Origin: an uncultured Erysipelotrichaceae bacterium | Lineage (GTDB): Bacteria; Bacillota_I; Bacilli_A; Erysipelotrichales; Erysipelotrichaceae | Assembly (NCBI GenBank): GCA_949296305.1 | Contig: CASFOT010000138.1 | Span: forward strand, 1 to 56,614 | Direction: 5' to 3' | DNA length: 56,614 bases | Part shown: in pieces, positions 51,163 through 56,614 of the stretch | How positions within the stretch are numbered: position 1 is the first letter of the stretch | How the letters are laid out: the number at the start of each line of letters is the position of its first letter | Notes under the pieces: generated by a model | Told to the model about the DNA's origin: nothing | What the model saw: only the letters and a program-made list of their open reading frames with translations | The model's database searches: none | Translations under genes and position numbers: made by a program

Positions 51163-53159
51163 CACGAAACCGTTTGTTTAACGATTCCATAATAGACCTT
51201 TGAAGTCATCATGTAAACCATACAGTAGATCAATGCAAATCCAATGAAACAGATCAGCGTCGTTACGATGTACAAAGAAGTATTTGCCAAATACAGCAAT
51301 TGAAGCAGCTGTCGGATCAACGGGAATGCAAATGCGATGTGGATGCCTGCGACCAAAATTGGTAAAAAGAAGACCATCAGCACTTGTGAATGGATCACAT
51401 GACGAACCTCATGATGATCCAACCCGACTTTCTGCATGATGCTGAAACGGTTTTGATCTTCGTACCCTTCACTGATCTGCTTGTAATACAAGATCAAGAT
51501 CGCAGCCATGATGAACAGCACGCTCAGAAAGATGCCGATAAACAGAAAGCCTGCATACAATGAAAAGAAATCATCATAAGATGCTGTTCTTGATTCTACA
51601 TATGAAACACCTTCAGTTTCCCTGATCCAATCAGATAAGTGTTCATACAACAGAAGATTTTGCGAGGAAGTTCCATCCGTATCAAATGCCATGAAATGCT
51701 GATGTTCGCTTGCCTGCTCCTTATACTGTTCTTTTTGAGCCGCATACAGCTCATCGATGATCGACGAATCTTTAACAACGATAAAATAAGACTTCGCAGC
51801 CAAGGAAGACATGCTCGTATTTCCAACAAATTCATCTAGTTGCTGTACAACATGAAATCTCTGATCAAACAGATCAATCGTTTCGTTTTGACAAGTTCCT
51901 TGATTGCAATACAGCAGCACTTCATCGGATGAAAGTTCTTTTTGTTCTCCGCTGTTTTGATTATAATCATCTAACGATATGAAGAACAGGTTTACAAGTT
52001 TATCCATATTGGCCATATCACTTGATGAAAGATCGGTTAAGTAATGCTCCCCCTCTTCTAATGCACCAAAGCTTAAATAAGAATAATCCAGCGTTTTCAA
52101 CTGCTGCAGCCCTAGATCTTCGACCTCTTGTCCGATGATCTCCTGTAATTCTTTTCGCTGCAACCCTGTGATGTTCTGCGTCGTGATATTGAGCTCACGT
52201 GGATAACGAGACTCTACTGCATCACCCATTCCTACATAAAGAGCGATCGTTGTTGACAACATTACAAGGACCATCGTCGACAAGATGCAGATATTTGCCA
52301 ATCCCACGGCATTTTGCTTCATACGATAGATCATCGTCGATACATTGATAAAATGTGTCGTTTGATAATAAAACCGTTTGTTTTTCTTTAACAGTTTCAA
52401 CAGAACGATCGATCCAGCCGTAAATAACAAGTATGTACCTGCGATGACCAACACAACAGCCAAGAAAAAATAGAGAAATGCAGATAAAGGATTTTTTACG
52501 GTTACTGCGATCCCATAGCCGCTTCCCATACACAGCAAACCGATCAATGCCAGCAGCCATTTGCTCTTTGGTTCACGTTCTCCATAACTGGAACCATGCA
52601 GCAGTTCGATCGGATTGGCCAGATGGATCTGTCTGGTACTGTTGAAGAGGATCAACACATAGATGATCAAAAATAAGATGATCGTATGAAGGATCGAACT
52701 GGATGATACATAGAAAAACATCGTTATGCTGCTTTGTGATAACAAAGAAAAACAGCCAAATATGATTCGCTCAAATAAGATTCCTGCCAAGATCCCGCTG
52801 ATCAAAGTGAGAAGCGCAGTATAGAAGGTCTCAAAAGCGATGACATCGATGATATGCCGCTTCTCCATTCCCAAAATATTAAAAACGCCAAATTCTTTTT
52901 TTCGCCGCTTCACCAAAAAACTATTGGTATAAAACAAGAAGATCATAACAAATAATGCAACTACAAAGGTACCTAAGACCAGCAATGGCTGCATCTGGGC
53001 ACCGCCATACATCTGTTGGATCCCAGGATTTATCGATAAAGAATCAATCACATAATACATAGCGATGCTTAAACAGCACGTCAGCAAATACGGAATATAC
53101 ATTTTTGCATTTTTCTTTAAATTGCTTCTTGCCACTTTCGCAAAAAATCTGCTATTCAT
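51162..53159 (-). CDS. BceB-like (FtsX-family) ABC permease
   Basis: FYTNSFLVKRRKKEFG.FNILGMEK, about 10 TM segments with a large extracellular loop, YYKQISEGYED. Confidence 0.9.
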   Translation of the reverse strand: MNSRFFAKVARSNLKKNAKMYIPYLLTCCLSIAMYYVIDSLSINPGIQQMYGGAQMQPLLVLGTFVVALFVMIFLFYTNSFLVKRRKKEFGVFNILGMEKRHIIDVIAFETFYTALLTLISGILAGILFERIIFGCFSLLSQSSITMFFYVSSSSILHTIILFLIIYVLILFNSTRQIHLANPIELLHGSSYGEREPKSKWLLALIGLLCMGSGYGIAVTVKNPLSAFLYFFLAVVLVIAGTYLLFTAGSIVLLKLLKKNKRFYYQTTHFINVSTMIYRMKQNAVGLANICILSTMVLVMLSTTIALYVGMGDAVESRYPRELNITTQNITGLQRKELQEIIGQEVEDLGLQQLKTLDYSYLSFGALEEGEHYLTDLSSSDMANMDKLVNLFFISLDDYNQNSGEQKELSSDEVLLYCNQGTCQNETIDLFDQRFHVVQQLDEFVGNTSMSSLAAKSYFIVVKDSSIIDELYAAQKEQYKEQASEHQHFMAFDTDGTSSQNLLLYEHLSDWIRETEGVSYVESRTASYDDFFSLYAGFLFIGIFLSVLFIMAAILILYYKQISEGYEDQNRFSIMQKVGLDHHEVRHVIHSQVLMVFFLPILVAGIHIAFAFPLIRQLLQLLYLANTSLYIVTTLICFIGFALIYCMVYMMTSKVYYGIVKQTVS

Positions 53160-53919
53160 ACATTGCACCGCCCATCATCAATTTGGTCTGTGCCTGTGTG
53201 ATCCGCTCATACATCTCATCCTTGCTGGAAGCATTTCGCTTCAGCTCATGATAGACTTTTCCATCTTTGATGAACAAAACCCGCTGTGCATGACTGGCAG
53301 CTGCCACCGAGTGCGTGACCATGATGATGGTCTGCCCTTTTCGATGGATCGTTTCAAAGACGGCCATCAGATCATCGCTCGATTTTGAATCCAAGGCACC
53401 TGTCGGCTCATCTGCCAAGATCAGCTGCGGATTCGTAATGATCGCACGAGCTACTGCAGCTCGCTGTTTTTGTCCGCCGGATACCTCATATGGAAATTTA
53501 TTCAAAAGAGAGGTAATGCCAAGCACCTCTGCAATCGGCTGCAATCGCTCATTCATCTCCTCATATTTCATATCCGACAAAACTAATGGCAGCAGAATAT
53601 TATCTTTTAATGAAAACGTATCTAATAAATTGAACTCTTGAAAGACAAACCCAAGGCTCTGCCTGCGAAATGACGCCATCGAACGCTCAGGAATGGAAAC
53701 GATGTCTTTTCCATTCAGCAACACTTCCCCCTGCGTTGGTTTATCCAGCGCCGCTAAAATGTTGAGGAGCGTCGTTTTTCCAGAGCCGCTCTCTCCCATC
53801 ACCGCAACATATTCTCCTTTGTCAACGGTAAAATTCACATCTTTGAGCGCTGTTACCTTTGCCCCTTTAAAACGGGCAGAATATACTTTTTTTACATGTT
53901 TGACTTCTAACAATGACAT
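53152..53919 (-). CDS. BceA-like ABC ATP-binding protein
   Basis: GESGSGKT, VSGGQKQR, ADEPTGALDS, MVTH. Confidence 0.93.
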   Translation of the reverse strand: MSLLEVKHVKKVYSARFKGAKVTALKDVNFTVDKGEYVAVMGESGSGKTTLLNILAALDKPTQGEVLLNGKDIVSIPERSMASFRRQSLGFVFQEFNLLDTFSLKDNILLPLVLSDMKYEEMNERLQPIAEVLGITSLLNKFPYEVSGGQKQRAAVARAIITNPQLILADEPTGALDSKSSDDLMAVFETIHRKGQTIIMVTHSVAAASHAQRVLFIKDGKVYHELKRNASSKDEMYERITQAQTKLMMGGAMYE

Positions 53920-53964
53920 TTGTTCTTCCTCCTATGCTTACATATACAGTATAGAAAGAAGCAC

Positions 53965-54001
53965 CTTACCAAACCATCGAATCAGCTTACACGTTCGTAA
54001 G
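53965..54001. promoter_or_regulatory. Candidate BceR/OmpR-family response regulator site
   Basis: Inverted repeat CTTAC-acgttc-GTAAG (53986-54001) plus an extra CTTAC 21 bp away (53965), upstream of the ATPase gene. Confidence 0.55.
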
Positions 54002-54009
54002 GGTATCAA

Positions 54010-54071
54010 GAAAAAAATCCTGTTATGCTCATTGGAGGAAATTCGTCCCAAGTATGTTTCATAACAAGATT
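54010..54071 (-). terminator. Long hairpin after the GntR-ABC operon
   Basis: AAAATCCTGTTATG / CATAACAAGATTTT stem with a U-run on the minus strand. Confidence 0.55.
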
Positions 54072-54089
54072 TTATATATACGCATTCAC

Positions 54090-54734
54090 TCAAAACTGCT
54101 TATGCTGCATGATCCGCACGCTGAGCCGATAAGAGAAGAAACCAGCCAAAATCCACAGCATTCCTAATCCGATAATATATGCCCAAACAGGAAGCTGCTG
54201 GCTCCATAAGATCAGGCGGTTCACTTCACCTGCAGGCATGAAATTGAGAAAGACAACAATCGGACATAAACAAATCAATACTGCCAATATGATCACGATC
54301 CTTCCCTTTTCTCCTCCATATTTCAAATAGATAGGCAAGATCAAAAACATCAAGAAAATCACATAAACCAAATAGATGCCGGCAGCATATACTTGCTGAT
54401 AAGAAAAAGTCAATGGATCAATGAACATCTTGATCATGGATAACAACATGCCAAATCCCCAAAAGAGAAGCACCAAAAGAAAAGTCAACACATATTTTTC
54501 CTTGACATATTCCCTTCTTGTAATTGGCAAGGTAAACAAAAATGGATATCCATTATCGTATTCATCATAACCAATGGAACTAGAGGCAATCATCAAACCA
54601 AAAAAACCACAAAAGAATACTAGAAAAGAAGCATCACCATTCAAAAACATAACCAGCATAAGAAGAAAATATAAGATCAAAAATTTCTTATTTTGAAATA
54701 ACATGCGAAGATCTTTTTCAATTAATCCACTCAT
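54090..54734 (-). CDS. ABC-2 type transporter permease
   Basis: MSGLIEKD, YDE..NG..FLFTLPITRREYVKEKY, six TM segments. Confidence 0.9.
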   Translation of the reverse strand: MSGLIEKDLRMLFQNKKFLILYFLLMLVMFLNGDASFLVFFCGFFGLMIASSSIGYDEYDNGYPFLFTLPITRREYVKEKYVLTFLLVLLFWGFGMLLSMIKMFIDPLTFSYQQVYAAGIYLVYVIFLMFLILPIYLKYGGEKGRIVIILAVLICLCPIVVFLNFMPAGEVNRLILWSQQLPVWAYIIGLGMLWILAGFFSYRLSVRIMQHKQF

Positions 54735-55579
54735 ATGCGTTCACCTCGTATCATCATCATGATCACATGATCGATCGTTCCTTTCTCTATGACGATTCCT
54801 GGATAGTTTTCCATATAATACGCTCGCTCTTTGCACAAACAGCTATATCCATAGTTTTCTTTTCGAACAGCCAGAAGATAGGTTTTGTCGATCATGGCAA
54901 ACTGTTCTTCGCTCAATTTCATCAGCCCATACGAATTCAACAAGACATCATTTTGTTCATGCAGGATGATCGATCCATGGTCGATCATATAAATGTCATC
55001 GCATAACGATTCCAGATCAGAAGCAATATGGGAACTGATCAATATCGATCGTTCTTCATCTTCTTCCATATAGGCCCGCAGCATTCCTAATAATTCATCT
55101 CTTGCGAGGACATCCAACCCTGCCGTCGGTTCATCTAAGATCAATAATTTGGCCTGATGCGTCAAAGCGATGATCATTTTCAGTTTTGCCCGCATGCCAG
55201 TGGAAAATTCACCAATTCGCTGATGACGTGGCAGCTGCATCTGATCACATAATGAAAGAAATCGCTTTTGATCAAACAGCGGATAAAAACGTCTTAAAAT
55301 ACAACAGATATCCTGCACATTCAGATAACCGCTGAATCCAGAATCAGGCAGGATCGCTCCGATCTTCATCAATTGCGTTTGATTCAGCTGTTTAGCTGTT
55401 TCTTGAAACAGTTCGATCGTTCCGTCATAAGAAATCAAACCAAGAATCGCTTTGAACAAAGTGCTTTTCCCTGCACCGTTTGCTCCGATCACCGCAGTGA
55501 TCGTTCCTGGTTCTACCTGTAGAGAACATTGTAATTCAAAATTTTGATACCGTTTATGCAATCTCATCACATTTAACAT
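54731..55579 (-). CDS. ABC transporter ATP-binding protein (YtrB-like)
   Basis: GANGAGKST, FSTGM, ILDEPTAGLD, SSHI. Confidence 0.93.
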   Translation of the reverse strand: MLNVMRLHKRYQNFELQCSLQVEPGTITAVIGANGAGKSTLFKAILGLISYDGTIELFQETAKQLNQTQLMKIGAILPDSGFSGYLNVQDICCILRRFYPLFDQKRFLSLCDQMQLPRHQRIGEFSTGMRAKLKMIIALTHQAKLLILDEPTAGLDVLARDELLGMLRAYMEEDEERSILISSHIASDLESLCDDIYMIDHGSIILHEQNDVLLNSYGLMKLSEEQFAMIDKTYLLAVRKENYGYSCLCKERAYYMENYPGIVIEKGTIDHVIMMMIRGERI

Positions 55580-55953
55580 ATTTCGTCCTCCAAAAGCAGC
55601 AAAAACATCTGCTTCAGCTCCTCATCATTTAAGTTGCATGCTCTGCCTTTTTGGATGGCCATTTCCAAATCAGCTTCTACTTCTTTTTGGCGTTGTTCTA
55701 ATAGCAGACCCGGATCGATCGTATTGACATACGTTCCTTTCCCATGTACGGTCACCGTAAATCCATCTGCTTCTAAATTGTCATACGCCTTTTTTACGGT
55801 CAATGCACTGATCTTCAGCTCTTTCGCTAATGTCCGAACAGAAGGCAGCAATGACTCTTGTGTCAAAGTTCCATCTAAGATCATCGTTTTCACTTGTTCT
55901 ACGATCTGTTCATAAATCGGTATCATCGATGTTGTGTTCACAATGATTTTCAT
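55573..55953 (-). CDS. GntR family regulator (YtrA subfamily)
   Basis: PIYEQI, LPSVRTLAKEL.IS..TVKKAY..LE..G, GKGTYV, short C-terminus. Confidence 0.93.
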   Translation of the reverse strand: MKIIVNTTSMIPIYEQIVEQVKTMILDGTLTQESLLPSVRTLAKELKISALTVKKAYDNLEADGFTVTVHGKGTYVNTIDPGLLLEQRQKEVEADLEMAIQKGRACNLNDEELKQMFLLLLEDEIC

Positions 55954-55973
55954 GATTCCCCTCCTGTTCATAA

Positions 55974-56004
55974 ACAGTATATAACAGTATATAACAGATG
56001 TCAA
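55974..56004 (-). promoter_or_regulatory. Promoter/operator of the GntR-ABC operon
   Basis: TTGACA at 56004-55999, then tandem (ACAGTATATA)x2 + ACAG at 55974-55997, which provides TATACT -10 candidates. Confidence 0.6.
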
Positions 56005-56041
56005 TTAAAAAAAGGATCGTCCATTGACAATCCTCTTTTGC

Positions 56042-56614
56042 TTAATCTTCATCTTTTCCATCAAAACAGTATGTACACAGTTTGCATTTTGGCAATCCGA
56101 TCGATTCCACCATATCATCTAAACGATGATAACGCAAAGTCGTAAAATTCGAACGTTTGCGTATAGCCTCGCACATCTTTTGATAACGTTCACTATTCGG
56201 ATCGGCGTATTCTTTCAATACATCCTGAGTGATCTCATTGCCTTCTTCCAATTCAGCGATCACGCGTCGTGTGATCAGATCCATCTCTGAACTAGAACGA
56301 GAGAAATTTAAATATTTGCAGCCAAATAAAATCGGTGGACATGCTGGACGCACATGCACTTCTTTTGCACCGGAATCATAAAGGAACTGTGTCGTTTCCC
56401 CTAACTGTGTCCCACGCACGATCGAATCATCGATCAGTAAAAGGCTCTTATCCTCGATCAGCTCCTGTACTGGAATCAATTTCATCTTTGCAATCATGTT
56501 TCGCTGTTTTTGGCTGGTTGGCATAAATGAACGCGGCCATGTAGGTGTATATTTGATAAACGGCCGTGAAAAAGGTATTTTAGAACGGTTCGAATAACCG
56601 ACCGCATGAGCAGT
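56042..56614 (-). CDS. purF: Amidophosphoribosyltransferase, C-terminal part (starts outside the window)
   Basis: Frame is open to the edge (TAHAVGY..RPFIKYTPTWPRSFMP). LLIDDSIVRGT PRPP motif, ACPP..C, CTYCF.G. Confidence 0.95.
   Translation of the reverse strand, partial: TAHAVGYSNRSKIPFSRPFIKYTPTWPRSFMPTSQKQRNMIAKMKLIPVQELIEDKSLLLIDDSIVRGTQLGETTQFLYDSGAKEVHVRPACPPILFGCKYLNFSRSSSEMDLITRRVIAELEEGNEITQDVLKEYADPNSERYQKMCEAIRKRSNFTTLRYHRLDDMVESIGLPKCKLCTYCFDGKDED

Overview
A 56.6-kb, mostly core-genome stretch from a low-GC, spore-forming Firmicute. Gene content and protein style suggest Erysipelotrichaceae (inference). Most genes lie on the minus strand. In order: the 5' end of an IS1182-family element at the left edge; ileS with an Ile T-box; divIVA, ylmH, sepF, ylmC; sigG, sigE, spoIIGA; hpf; a dipeptidase and a Zn-phospholipase-C-family pair; a SleC-like cortex hydrolase; an ankyrin/WYL/DUF2779-nuclease cluster; a lipoprotein; ssb; an M16 peptidase pair; an NlpC/P60 hydrolase; trmL and rdgB; reverse rubrerythrin; dppA; a decayed second IS1182 copy; groEL/groES with two CIRCE sites; thrS with a Thr T-box followed by an orphan binding protein and a NifX-family gene; DUF2207; an aminopeptidase; a ZIP transporter; purB, purC, purA; the treR-treP-treC trehalose locus; a MoxR/DUF58/transglutaminase triad; a lipoprotein nuclease coupled to a degenerate DHFR-like gene; a Bce-like ABC exporter; a GntR-ABC operon; and the 3' part of purF. 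No rRNA, tRNA or CRISPR array was seen. Best leads: (1) the ankyrin-WYL-DUF2779 cluster, (2) the DHFR-fold/nuclease pair, (3) an apparent ATC start codon for sleC, (4) IS1182 ends with a structurally conserved hairpin sitting right behind housekeeping stop codons, and (5) unexplained structured intergenic DNA. All family calls come from motif recognition by eye; no database search was run.
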